A stretch of 64,000 bases of DNA from a virus, in IMG/VR virus record IMGVR_UViG_3300045988_061617, positions 21,424 through 85,423 of that record. One strand, 5' to 3'. Positions 27,744-36,960 of the stretch are shown one piece after another. How positions within the stretch are numbered: the first letter of the stretch is position 1; each line of letters opens with the position of its first letter. Under the pieces are notes generated by a model. The model ran no database searches and was not told the origin of the DNA. It worked only from the letters and a program-made list of their open reading frames with translations. The position numbers were made by a program, and so were the translations under genes.

Positions 27744-29647
27744 TGGAACAACGGATAATAAGCAATAAAGTATATGAGTCACTACAGGTGCCTACAGAAA
27801 ATACTCGTACTACTACTGGAAAAGTACTTTATGCTAATAGATACAGTGGAGTAGCTCAAGTAAGTATGCCCGAAGATTTAAAGGCATTAATGGATAGTGA
27901 CTTTGGTTTAGTGGGTAAGAATATACTTATCCAACTGGAACAAAAAATGAAAGGCTATGGTAATGGTCCTTGGTATATAGATTCTAGGGATGATGTTATT
28001 TATATACACAATAGGAAATTTCATGAAGAACCGGTAAGAGTCTATACCTATCAGGGAGAAAATGGGGAAGTGATTAGTGTTAACTTTTCTACTCAAAAAG
28101 TGACAAAAAGGGTTAAGGCTACTTTATCTCCTACTATAAATCCTGAAAGTAAAGACTTAGATGTATTGAGTACTGGGATTGATGATACCGAAAAATTACC
28201 TGAAATAATGGCCAATGAAGCTAATGGGGTTTGGTATAAAAATTGGAAGACTTCTGTTGGTAAGTATGGTGCTGAGAATAATCCAGAGGATATAGCTACT
28301 ATCAGAGAGATGCAATTAAAACATACTCTTACTACTGATCCTAATATGAGGGCTGCTATTGAAGCTAGAAAACGTTTAGATAATAAATGGAATAAAGAAG
28401 TAGCAGAATACTCTGCTACTGATCCAGCTGAAGCTTATAATATGGGTAAAGAGAAATTTCTTAATGAGCTTAGCACTGATAAAGTAAGAGATATTATCAA
28501 TAAGACTATTAAGCAAGAGGAGTTTCCCTCAGATCGGAGAGCTGCTTTAAATGCTGCACTTAATAATGTGGTTAATGGTAAAACTTTAAGTGAGGATCTA
28601 TACAACATTCTTAAGGATTGTAAGTACTTATTTGAAGGTGAAGACCAAATGGAATACATGACCATAGAGGATGTAGACCCAAGAGATTATGATCCAGAGC
28701 ATGCTCCTAAAGGTGGGGCTACTGCTTGGGGAGTAGAGGATGAAGAAAGTATCTATAGAGGTATAGCGGCTTTAAAACAAGGCCCTTATACAACCGTTAT
28801 AGATGATACACCAGTTATAAAATACAAAAACCCTTTAAACCCAAGCTTAGGTATCTTTAGTATTACTGTAAAAGTTCAGCATTGGAAAAAAGCCAATGTT
28901 GAGATACCCCTATATAAACTTTATCACAACTTATTCAGTAGATATGGGGGAGTTGATAAGTGGGCTTGGGCAGCTAATGCTAATGCTAATGGCGGTTTAA
29001 AATATACAGAGAGCAAACTAATTTGTCAGATGCAAGTAGTTGGAAGACCTCTATTGGCTTCTTCTCAGATATTAGTATTAGAGAATGTGGGCAAACGATG
29101 GTCTGGGCCTTGGTATATAAAACAATGTACTCATTCTATGGATGCTGGTCAGGGATACATAACTAGTTTAGAATTAGTAAGAAATTCAAGTAAGGCAGGT
29201 TCTACTACATCCAAAGTGGGATTATCCACTCAAAGTGTAGTAGCTAATGATGCTCAAGCTAATGCCGTAACTTCTAAGGGTCAGAATAAGAAAGCTTTGA
29301 GTAATTCTAAACAATTAGATTTGAGTTGGACCTATAATGAGGTAGCTTACTTTATTGAATCGGGTATTATGGATAAAGAGGGAAAAGTATTAGATAGTAA
29401 ACGTAAGGATGAGTTACTTAGGAAAAAGGCTTATTATACTGAGGTATTGGCTAAGACCCCAATAGAAAAAGCCGAGGGTATAGCAGTAACCTCTGGTAGT
29501 TTAACTACTTCCTCTGGTAAAGTATTCCCTGGAAAGATAACCATAAAAGATATTCAAGTACCCGACGACTATTGGGTTAAATTTGATTATATGGAGATAG
29601 CTACAAGAAGGTTTCAAGAATATATTAAAAATAAGGAAGTGAGGTAG
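27743..29647 (+). CDS. Baseplate hub protein (gpD / Mu gp44 / T4 gp27-like C-terminal core with large extra regions)
   Basis: QMQVVGRPLLASSQILVLENVGKRWSGPWYIKQCTHSMDAGQGYITSLELVRN resembles the conserved gpD-family core. The position just upstream of the gpV-like spike fits. Confidence 0.5.
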   Translation: MEQRIISNKVYESLQVPTENTRTTTGKVLYANRYSGVAQVSMPEDLKALMDSDFGLVGKNILIQLEQKMKGYGNGPWYIDSRDDVIYIHNRKFHEEPVRVYTYQGENGEVISVNFSTQKVTKRVKATLSPTINPESKDLDVLSTGIDDTEKLPEIMANEANGVWYKNWKTSVGKYGAENNPEDIATIREMQLKHTLTTDPNMRAAIEARKRLDNKWNKEVAEYSATDPAEAYNMGKEKFLNELSTDKVRDIINKTIKQEEFPSDRRAALNAALNNVVNGKTLSEDLYNILKDCKYLFEGEDQMEYMTIEDVDPRDYDPEHAPKGGATAWGVEDEESIYRGIAALKQGPYTTVIDDTPVIKYKNPLNPSLGIFSITVKVQHWKKANVEIPLYKLYHNLFSRYGGVDKWAWAANANANGGLKYTESKLICQMQVVGRPLLASSQILVLENVGKRWSGPWYIKQCTHSMDAGQGYITSLELVRNSSKAGSTTSKVGLSTQSVVANDAQANAVTSKGQNKKALSNSKQLDLSWTYNEVAYFIESGIMDKEGKVLDSKRKDELLRKKAYYTEVLAKTPIEKAEGIAVTSGSLTTSSGKVFPGKITIKDIQVPDDYWVKFDYMEIATRRFQEYIKNKEVR

Positions 29648-29649
29648 TT

Positions 29650-30372
29650 ATGGGGTATGAAACTGCAAAGATAATAACTGAAGATGGCATAGAGGGCCTT
29701 GGTAGATATTATTCGATATATAGAGGTATAGTTGTTGATAATAATGATACCGAAAAGAAAATGAATAGAGTAAAAGTATGTATACCTGAAGTAATGGGTG
29801 GTACTTTTGCTTGGGCTTTACCAAAAGGACAACATGGTTCTATAAGTAATGGCTTTAAATTCCTGAGTCCTAAAGTTGGAGATATAGTATTCATTACTTT
29901 TGAATTTGGTGATCCAACTAAACCTCTTTGGGAATACCATGGTTGGGGCATGAATCAAATTCCTCAACCTTTAGATGGTCCTAATAAAATGGGTATAGTT
30001 ACACCAGAAGGTAATCTATTGGTGATAGATGATGATAAAGGTACTCTAAATCTTTACTTTAACGGAAACATCTCTGTTTATTCAGAATCTAATGTGATAG
30101 TGTCATCCAAGAAAGATATTAATGTAGCTTCTGGGGATTCACTGATATTAAATACCGGAGAGAATGGTGGAATGATCAATATCTCTCAGTTAACAGAAAA
30201 GTTAAATAGTTTAGTATTAGAGCTAGAACAACTTCGAAGTATGTTTAATTCTCATGTACACTCAGGTGTAACTACTGGACCAGGTTCATCTGGTCCTACT
30301 GTAACTCAAGTAACTAAACCTTTCTCACAATTTGTCGTAGACGATTATGAGGATAAAACCTGTATACACTAA
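29650..30372 (+). CDS. Baseplate central spike protein (gpV / Mu gp45 / gp5 OB-fold type)
   Basis: YRGIVVDNNDTEKKMNRVKVCIPEVMGGTFAWALPKG...SPKVGDIVFITFEFGDPTKPLW is the Phage_base_V signature. Confidence 0.85.
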   Translation: MGYETAKIITEDGIEGLGRYYSIYRGIVVDNNDTEKKMNRVKVCIPEVMGGTFAWALPKGQHGSISNGFKFLSPKVGDIVFITFEFGDPTKPLWEYHGWGMNQIPQPLDGPNKMGIVTPEGNLLVIDDDKGTLNLYFNGNISVYSESNVIVSSKKDINVASGDSLILNTGENGGMINISQLTEKLNSLVLELEQLRSMFNSHVHSGVTTGPGSSGPTVTQVTKPFSQFVVDDYEDKTCIH

Positions 30373-30797
30373 TGGAAAAGAATTACTTTACAGACTTAGT
30401 TGGTATAGGAGTAACTTATCCTATTCAACTTACTACTAATGAAAATGGGGGAAGAGGTTGGTACCCAGTCAATGGGGATTTTAAACTTATCAGAGATAAT
30501 ATAAGTTCTATCTTATATTACATGATAGGCCAAAGATTCAGACAAGAAGAATTTGGTAGTAAACTTTGGCAATGTATTGAGGAACCAAACTCACAAGCCC
30601 TAAGTTTTATAATTAAAGAGTTTTTAAAACAAGCAATAGGTGCATGGGAACAAAGGATAACCTTCCAAAGTATTACCGTTACTAGAGTTGATGCAAAAAT
30701 ACACATAGAAGTAGCTTATGTAGTAAATGGAACAAATTCTAGTCAGTACCTTGATATCACCTATGATCGTTCTGATAATTCATTAAATACACAATAA
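30372..30797 (+). CDS. Baseplate wedge protein gpW / T4 gp25-like
   Basis: IRDNISSILYYMIGQRFRQEEFGSKLWQCIEEPNS matches the GPW/gp25 motif (i..si..iL.T..GeR....fGs.l......p). 141 aa. Confidence 0.85.
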   Translation: MEKNYFTDLVGIGVTYPIQLTTNENGGRGWYPVNGDFKLIRDNISSILYYMIGQRFRQEEFGSKLWQCIEEPNSQALSFIIKEFLKQAIGAWEQRITFQSITVTRVDAKIHIEVAYVVNGTNSSQYLDITYDRSDNSLNTQ

Positions 30798-30798
30798 T

Positions 30799-32520
30799 AT
30801 GGGAATCACAAATAAATGGCTTAACCCATACCAGAGGTCTTATCAACAGATTAAGGCTAAGCTGGTGGAATCCCTTATGGGACTTAAGGATCCTCAGGGT
30901 CAGAAACTCATAACGGATTATTCAGAGGGGAATATACTAATTATCATCCTCTCTTTGTTTGCGGCAATTGCCGAAGTACTTCATTATTACATAGATAACA
31001 TGGCAAGGGAAACCTTCCTATCTACGGCAAGGAGATATGATTCGGTAGTTAAACATGGGGCTCTGGTGGACTATCATGCTAGATCAGCAATAGCTGCTAC
31101 TGTAGATGTTACATTATCCAGAAGTATTACTGGTAATTCCATTGGAGCAAAGTTAACCATTCCTCAAGGAACTCTATTTACTGACTCTAATGGCAATTCA
31201 TGGTTATCCGCTAGGGATGTAATATGGTATTCAAATGTAACCACTTGTAAAGTACCACTTATACAACATGAAAAATATACTGCCAGTGCTATTAATAATA
31301 TGGTAATACCTACTGGGGATAGGATTATTATAAACCTTGGTACTTTGCCCAATGGTAAGTATTATGAACAGGGGACCATGTCTTTACTAATAGGCGGAGA
31401 ATCTTGGGTATTGGTAGATACTTTTGCAAAATCTAAGCCTACAGATAAACACTTTATGGTTTCTGTAGATGAAGCCTTAAACCCATATATTCATTTCGGT
31501 GATGGGACTTTTGGTAAGAAACCAGTAGCAGGTGCAAAGATTACTAATGTAGTATTTTACTTAACCAACGGTTCTCAGGGTAATATAAAAAGTAATACTT
31601 TAACTTCTGTACCTTCAGTAATATCCTCTTCTATTAACGATGCTACTGCAAGTAATGCCTACGATGCCGGAGGAGGTTCAAATTATGAGAACTTTACTAT
31701 GTTAAAGGAACATATACCTTTAAGTGTAAAAACCTTGGGAGTAGCAATTACCAAAGAGGATTTTGAAAGTTTGGCAATGCTGGTAGATGGGATAAACAAA
31801 GCAAAAGCTGACTATGAATGTGGTAGGAAACTTACCGTATATATAAGCCCTGATGGAGGTGCAGTTGCTTCTTCTGAATTAATCAGTAGAGTTTATACTT
31901 TACTTTCTCAGAGATCACCAATGACTACTTGGTTAAAAGTAAGGTCAGCAGGTAAAGTACAAATTATATTAGAGATGGATGTAACTGGTAAAAGATCCTA
32001 TAAGACTGCCGAAATCCAATCTCAAATACTTACGGCTCTATATAATGCTTATTCTGCAGAACAAGCAGAGATTGGAGGTAGTGTAAGGGTATCAGATATA
32101 TATGCTCTCATAGATAACTTATCCATGGTAGATTATCTACACCTTACTAAGTTTTATATTAAACCATGGCCTACTACTATCTATGGCAATAAAGAGTTAG
32201 CATTGGGTCAGTTTAAATTGAATAATGCTACTGGGTCAATGACCTATTATATAACATTCAATTCTTCTACTAATTTCACGGTTCGTTCAGTAGCTAATGT
32301 GTATGTAACTACTGGTACTGTAGGCGGTTCACTTCAAATAATCGATAAAGCTAATGGTTTTGATTTTTCACTTGATGTTCAGAACAATAGCTATCAATCT
32401 GGTTATAGGTATTCTATTACGGTATCAGAACCAAATCATGACTATGAAGATCCCGGTTTTAACTTACCGGTATTCGAAGATGCTTCACAATTAACATTAA
32501 CCGTTAACGAAATAGTTTAA
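30799..32520 (+). CDS. Baseplate wedge protein gpJ / T4 gp6-like
   Basis: 573 aa following gpW. The N-terminal region (DYSEGNILIIILSLFAAIAEVLHYYIDNMARETFLSTARRYDSVVKHGALVDY) is typical of the Baseplate_J family. Confidence 0.75.
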   Translation: MGITNKWLNPYQRSYQQIKAKLVESLMGLKDPQGQKLITDYSEGNILIIILSLFAAIAEVLHYYIDNMARETFLSTARRYDSVVKHGALVDYHARSAIAATVDVTLSRSITGNSIGAKLTIPQGTLFTDSNGNSWLSARDVIWYSNVTTCKVPLIQHEKYTASAINNMVIPTGDRIIINLGTLPNGKYYEQGTMSLLIGGESWVLVDTFAKSKPTDKHFMVSVDEALNPYIHFGDGTFGKKPVAGAKITNVVFYLTNGSQGNIKSNTLTSVPSVISSSINDATASNAYDAGGGSNYENFTMLKEHIPLSVKTLGVAITKEDFESLAMLVDGINKAKADYECGRKLTVYISPDGGAVASSELISRVYTLLSQRSPMTTWLKVRSAGKVQIILEMDVTGKRSYKTAEIQSQILTALYNAYSAEQAEIGGSVRVSDIYALIDNLSMVDYLHLTKFYIKPWPTTIYGNKELALGQFKLNNATGSMTYYITFNSSTNFTVRSVANVYVTTGTVGGSLQIIDKANGFDFSLDVQNNSYQSGYRYSITVSEPNHDYEDPGFNLPVFEDASQLTLTVNEIV

Positions 32521-32521
32521 T

Positions 32522-34984
32522 ATGATAAACCTCAAAAACCTAATCGATTTTTTACCTTTCGAGTATAAAGATCAAGATACTTATAAGGTAAACGGTAAAG
32601 GCATTCTTGAGAGGTTTCTAGAGATTTGCGGAGAGCATTTTGAAGATTATATTACTAAGGATATAGATAATATTCTGGATATTATTGATATAGATAAAAC
32701 TCCAGATATGTATCTTAATTTTCTTTGGCAATTTCTCGGAGAAATGCCCTTTGCTTACGGGAACACCATAGATGCTACCAAATGGGCAGAGTATTTCAAT
32801 GGATTTTACTCTGATAGTAAACTACAAGAATTGTCAAAGCTTTGGATAGTACCCAAGGAGGGACCTTTTACTTTGACCAGTACTCAAGTAAGAAATATCC
32901 TAAAGTATTCGGTATCTTTATTTAAGATACGAGGTACCACTGAATTTTTTGAGATAATGTTAAGACTGTACGGTTTAACCTGTACAGTATCTGATCCTTC
33001 TAAATCCGATGCTTATGATGGATGGATAAAAGGACACCCATATTTTGATGAAGAAAGTTACTTATACGATGATAGTAATTACGATAATACCTTTAATTGT
33101 TCTCAGTGTATCCCAGTAACTTTTAATATATCCGGTCATGGGTATACCTCTAATTCTGATGATTTTAAAAAGTTTAGGGAAGCCATAGAAAGTTTCTTCA
33201 AAAGATTTATACCTTATCATGTATCTTTTAATCTACAGTATGGGTTTACAGTTGATGATGGGTATTCTATTAAAGCTGAGTTAGTAAATCCAGATAAACC
33301 GAATTTGGTAGTTTCTGAAGTATATGAGGTACCAGTAGTTGTAACCGTTAGCTCTAATTGGGGTAAGGCAGATTTAAGATACCAAATCTCTAGTGATCAG
33401 GTTAATTGGGGATATACTAAACATCCAAGTGGTTCTGTATTTAATATACCTAGAGCTGGTACTTATTATTTCCGAAGCGTTGGAGATAATACTAAAGTAA
33501 CTTCTATAACTGTAGGTCACGAGTTTTATAATAAGGTTTATTCTATATCATGTGACCCAATTGTAGATCAGATTACTCCAGGGAATCTTAGAGTATATAC
33601 TACCGTGATCGCTAACCTTCATTATAAAAACCGAGTAACTTCTTGTAGAGTTAGACTTAGTGGTACAGATCAAATAAAAGATTCAGGTAGGGTCTGGGAA
33701 TTTACTGAGCCGGGTACTTATACCTTTGAGATAGTAGAGTTTCCAGTAAAGCAAACTAATTTCATAGTAAGTAGAACTCCTATAACTTATAGGGTAATAT
33801 GTACTCCTCCAGAATTTAGAATAGGGGATAATCAAACTATTCGCGATGCTTCTACATTATTAACAGTAGAATCTAACTACCCCAGTTCAGTAGTAGGTGA
33901 TCTATATTGTAGATTACTTAATGATACTAAGATATTCAAAAGTGGTGAAAGGTTTATTGCAAGTAGCCTTGGTACTTATAAATTCAAGTGTACTCTTGAT
34001 ACTCGAGAATCCGATGAGGGAGTTGGTATTTTTGAGGTAGTTTCAGGTAGAACTACTATTTATAGAGTAACTACTGACCCAGATATTTCTACACTGTATG
34101 ATGATTCAGCAAAGACTACTGTATTTATTCAAAGGATTTCCGGTAATGGTACTGATTACCGAGTTAGGGTAGTAGAAACAGGAGAAGAATTCCAAGCTTT
34201 AAATGGTTATGTGTATACCACTAAAAAAGCTGGGACTTATACTTTTCAATCAGTAGCTTATCCTTCTGCTAGTAGTATATGGGTAGTAAGAAATGCTCCA
34301 GTAGTATATAAGAATAAGTTGAGAATTGTACCAAAAGATAGTACAGACCCAAGTTGGTTAGAGCCAGATTGGAGTTTACCAGAGGACCAGATAGATGACA
34401 TCTATGCAGTATATGCTTTATTAGATTCTACCTCTGCCTGTAAGTTTTCACTTGAAGAATTAAAAGATGGAGGTATTATGAAGGGTTCTGTAACTTGTTC
34501 AGAAACTGGCCAATCTTATAATCTGAATAGTGATATAGTTTTAACTAAAGCTGGTACTTATACCTTTATTGCTGATGATGGGTCATTCTTACAATGTCAA
34601 GTCATCCTTAAAGATTACCCAACAATCATAGAGTTAACCATTACTCCAGACTATGCAGAATTAAAGGGTAGTATAAAGCAAGCTTCTTGTATTATTAAGT
34701 GTGAATCTAACAAGCCAGATTTTGATAGTAGAATCAGGGAAGTGGGTAAACAAATTACTTATGATGCAGGTGGGGCAGGATATCAATTTGTAACTTCACA
34801 AGCTGGAGAATATACTTTTGAATCTGTAGCCGATACCTCTAAAAGAAAAACTTTCTTAGTGGTAGATGCCGATTTATTAAGTGTAAATCCCCATAGGTTA
34901 GAATGGGAACATGATGACCTATCAGAAAAGACTTTTAGTATAAACACTTATAGTAATCAAGATTGGACAATAGAGGAAGTATGA
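32522..34984 (+). CDS. Baseplate protein gpI-like N-terminal domain fused to about six Ig-like repeats
   Basis: The N-terminus (LPFEYKD ... LWQFLGEMPF ... ILKYSVSLFKIRGTTEFFEIMLRLYGL) resembles P2 protein I-family tail proteins. Six repeats are marked by (A/P)GTY(T/Y/K)F (AGTYYFRSVGD, PGTYTFEIVEF, LGTYKFKCTL, AGTYTFQSVAY, AGTYTFIADDG, AGEYTFESVAD). Confidence 0.6.
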   Translation: MINLKNLIDFLPFEYKDQDTYKVNGKGILERFLEICGEHFEDYITKDIDNILDIIDIDKTPDMYLNFLWQFLGEMPFAYGNTIDATKWAEYFNGFYSDSKLQELSKLWIVPKEGPFTLTSTQVRNILKYSVSLFKIRGTTEFFEIMLRLYGLTCTVSDPSKSDAYDGWIKGHPYFDEESYLYDDSNYDNTFNCSQCIPVTFNISGHGYTSNSDDFKKFREAIESFFKRFIPYHVSFNLQYGFTVDDGYSIKAELVNPDKPNLVVSEVYEVPVVVTVSSNWGKADLRYQISSDQVNWGYTKHPSGSVFNIPRAGTYYFRSVGDNTKVTSITVGHEFYNKVYSISCDPIVDQITPGNLRVYTTVIANLHYKNRVTSCRVRLSGTDQIKDSGRVWEFTEPGTYTFEIVEFPVKQTNFIVSRTPITYRVICTPPEFRIGDNQTIRDASTLLTVESNYPSSVVGDLYCRLLNDTKIFKSGERFIASSLGTYKFKCTLDTRESDEGVGIFEVVSGRTTIYRVTTDPDISTLYDDSAKTTVFIQRISGNGTDYRVRVVETGEEFQALNGYVYTTKKAGTYTFQSVAYPSASSIWVVRNAPVVYKNKLRIVPKDSTDPSWLEPDWSLPEDQIDDIYAVYALLDSTSACKFSLEELKDGGIMKGSVTCSETGQSYNLNSDIVLTKAGTYTFIADDGSFLQCQVILKDYPTIIELTITPDYAELKGSIKQASCIIKCESNKPDFDSRIREVGKQITYDAGGAGYQFVTSQAGEYTFESVADTSKRKTFLVVDADLLSVNPHRLEWEHDDLSEKTFSINTYSNQDWTIEEV

Positions 34985-35508
34985 TAAACAGTATAGATAA
35001 AATTACAGAAACAACATCCCAGTCTTTATTTAAGACTTTTACAGTGGGACTACTCGGAGAATGTACTCAAATTTTATATGACTTGAGATGGATGATACTA
35101 CTTGCCATTATCTTAATATTATCAGATTTATGGTTTGGTATATCTGTAAGTAGAGTTCATAGTATAGAAATTAGAAAATCTAGGGCAGGAAGAAGAACTC
35201 TAAATAAGTTAGTAGATTATATATGTTATATACTATTGGGTGCTGTACTTGGAAAAGCATTAGGTGAACCTTATGGGATAGATCCAATAGTTGTATCAAT
35301 AACAGTAATGGTACTATGTTACTGTTTCGAAATTGATAGTATATATGGTCATATATGTGAAATACATGGTATTAAAAAACGGTATAGTGTATGGAAGATT
35401 CTCTTCAAATTAATTACCTTTAAGTTCAAAGATTTAGGAGAAGCTTTCAAGGATATGGTAGAACAGAAAAATAACTCTAAAACTAAGGATAATGAAAACT
35501 TATTTTAA
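34981..35508 (+). CDS. Multi-pass membrane protein, holin-like
   Basis: Three or four hydrophobic helices (WMILLAIILILSDLWFGISV, VDYICYILLGAVLG, PIVVSITVMVLCYCF) and a charged C-terminal tail. The ATG at 34981 (ATGA overlap with the upstream stop) is preferred over the ORF-track start at 34963. Confidence 0.45.
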   Translation: MINSIDKITETTSQSLFKTFTVGLLGECTQILYDLRWMILLAIILILSDLWFGISVSRVHSIEIRKSRAGRRTLNKLVDYICYILLGAVLGKALGEPYGIDPIVVSITVMVLCYCFEIDSIYGHICEIHGIKKRYSVWKILFKLITFKFKDLGEAFKDMVEQKNNSKTKDNENLF

Positions 35509-36850
35509 ATACGAAGGCATTATTAAATCTAAGGAGGCAGCAGAGGCAATTGCTGCTCCTTCTGGTTTAGGACCATTCTGTGGCTTTGGTTCAGCAAATA
35601 TAAACGGTAACCAATTAGTGATCTCTCCTCAAGGCTCTACAAGTAATAAGTATGCTAATGTAATTAAGGATAAGATTCTTGCAAGGTACATGACTAAAGT
35701 TGCTGAAGATGGGGAATTACCTGATATAAACTTTGGATGTATCTCAAGGGATGGGTATGTATTTATATCTGATGAATCTTCTATGACAATAGAAAATATC
35801 CTTGGTACTCAAGGGTCTACTGAAGAAGTATTATTATTTGCAGTACATACTGTCATCTCAGAGCCAGTAGATAATCCAGTAGAGTTTGTAGCCTATTGGA
35901 ATGAATCATCACAAAGTTTCTATGATTTGTATAAGAAATCTGTAGATGTATATTACCCTATCGCAGATGAGAAACGTACTCCAAGTATAATGGACGATGT
36001 ATATCAGAATCCAGATATTTCATTAAACAATCTGCTTTTAGTAGTAGAAACTGCTTGCCCCTATTATAAAAACAATAAAAGAACCTCGGTATTAATAGGT
36101 ATCTATGGTAATGGTACTGATGCAATGACTAAAAGAAATGAGAATTTTGCCATTGTACCCTACCAAGGCAAGTTCCAAGAACTACCCTTTACTACAGCTA
36201 CCTATAGTTCTATAAAGGAATCAATTAAGAGAACCGAACAAATTAATACAGGTTTTCCAATAACTGGTACTGATGGGACTAGACAAAATATTAAGCAATA
36301 CATAGATGCCGAAATAGAGAAGGTTCGAAAAGAATTCGCTAATTCTCTTAGTACTGCAAATCTCCCTATCGGTTCGATTATATTATGGGAATCAGATGTT
36401 ATCCCAGATGGATGGGCAGAATATACCAAAGCTTCAGGTAGAATGGTATTAGGTTATCAAGCTGGAGGTATTCAAGTTGGAGATGATACTTTACTGCAGA
36501 ATGTCGGTGATTTCTATACGCCTACCAGTGGAGGGTACTTGATTAAGATAAAAGGCGATGATTTACCGAAACACAGGCATTCAGTTGGTTTGGGAAGGTT
36601 TATGTATGATAATGATTCTGAAGCTAAAGGGTGTACAGTCAGAAATTATAATTTGAGAGATACCAGTTTAAATGGGCAAGTTGGTCAATATGGAAATAAT
36701 GCTCCTGGTCAAGTAGCTCAAAATGGTGCAGTAGAAACTAGCTGGAACCTTATTGGGGAATCCTATACTACAGAAGTAACCAAGGATACCTTATCACTAG
36801 AAAAATTGCCCCCGACTATAACATTACGTTATATACAAAAAATATCTTAA
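35492..36850 (+). CDS. Tail fibre protein with a C-terminal tail-collar domain
   Basis: LPIGSIILWESDVIPDGWAEY and GDDLPKHRHS are the phage Tail_Collar signatures (P.G.I..w....iP.GW; LP.H.H). Confidence 0.75.
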   Translation: MKTYFKYEGIIKSKEAAEAIAAPSGLGPFCGFGSANINGNQLVISPQGSTSNKYANVIKDKILARYMTKVAEDGELPDINFGCISRDGYVFISDESSMTIENILGTQGSTEEVLLFAVHTVISEPVDNPVEFVAYWNESSQSFYDLYKKSVDVYYPIADEKRTPSIMDDVYQNPDISLNNLLLVVETACPYYKNNKRTSVLIGIYGNGTDAMTKRNENFAIVPYQGKFQELPFTTATYSSIKESIKRTEQINTGFPITGTDGTRQNIKQYIDAEIEKVRKEFANSLSTANLPIGSIILWESDVIPDGWAEYTKASGRMVLGYQAGGIQVGDDTLLQNVGDFYTPTSGGYLIKIKGDDLPKHRHSVGLGRFMYDNDSEAKGCTVRNYNLRDTSLNGQVGQYGNNAPGQVAQNGAVETSWNLIGESYTTEVTKDTLSLEKLPPTITLRYIQKIS

Positions 36851-36927
36851 ATACTACTTGTGTTATTTATTTAATTTGTTTTGTTATTAGTATTATTTGT
36901 GCATAGAATATTCAATTGTTTGTCGGG

Positions 36928-36957
36928 AAGGGACGTTGGGAAACGTCCCTTTTCTTT
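36928..36957. terminator. Intrinsic terminator shared by convergent genes
   Basis: AAGGGACGTT ggga AACGTCCCTT (perfect 10-bp stem) followed by TTCTTTG on the + strand. It lies between the + strand fibre stop (36850) and the - strand gene stop (36961). Confidence 0.75.
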
Positions 36958-36960
36958 GTG

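Noticed and set aside
36884-36910. Promoter-like sequence GTATTATTTGTGCATAGAAT between the tail-fibre stop and the shared terminator, which would give RNA antisense to the sigma-like gene
   Set aside because: It resembles the 18-bp box but has TAnnnTTTG spacing and an extra T before GCATA. It points straight into a strong terminator 20 nt away. It is too weak to call, but worth re-checking if transcriptome data exist.
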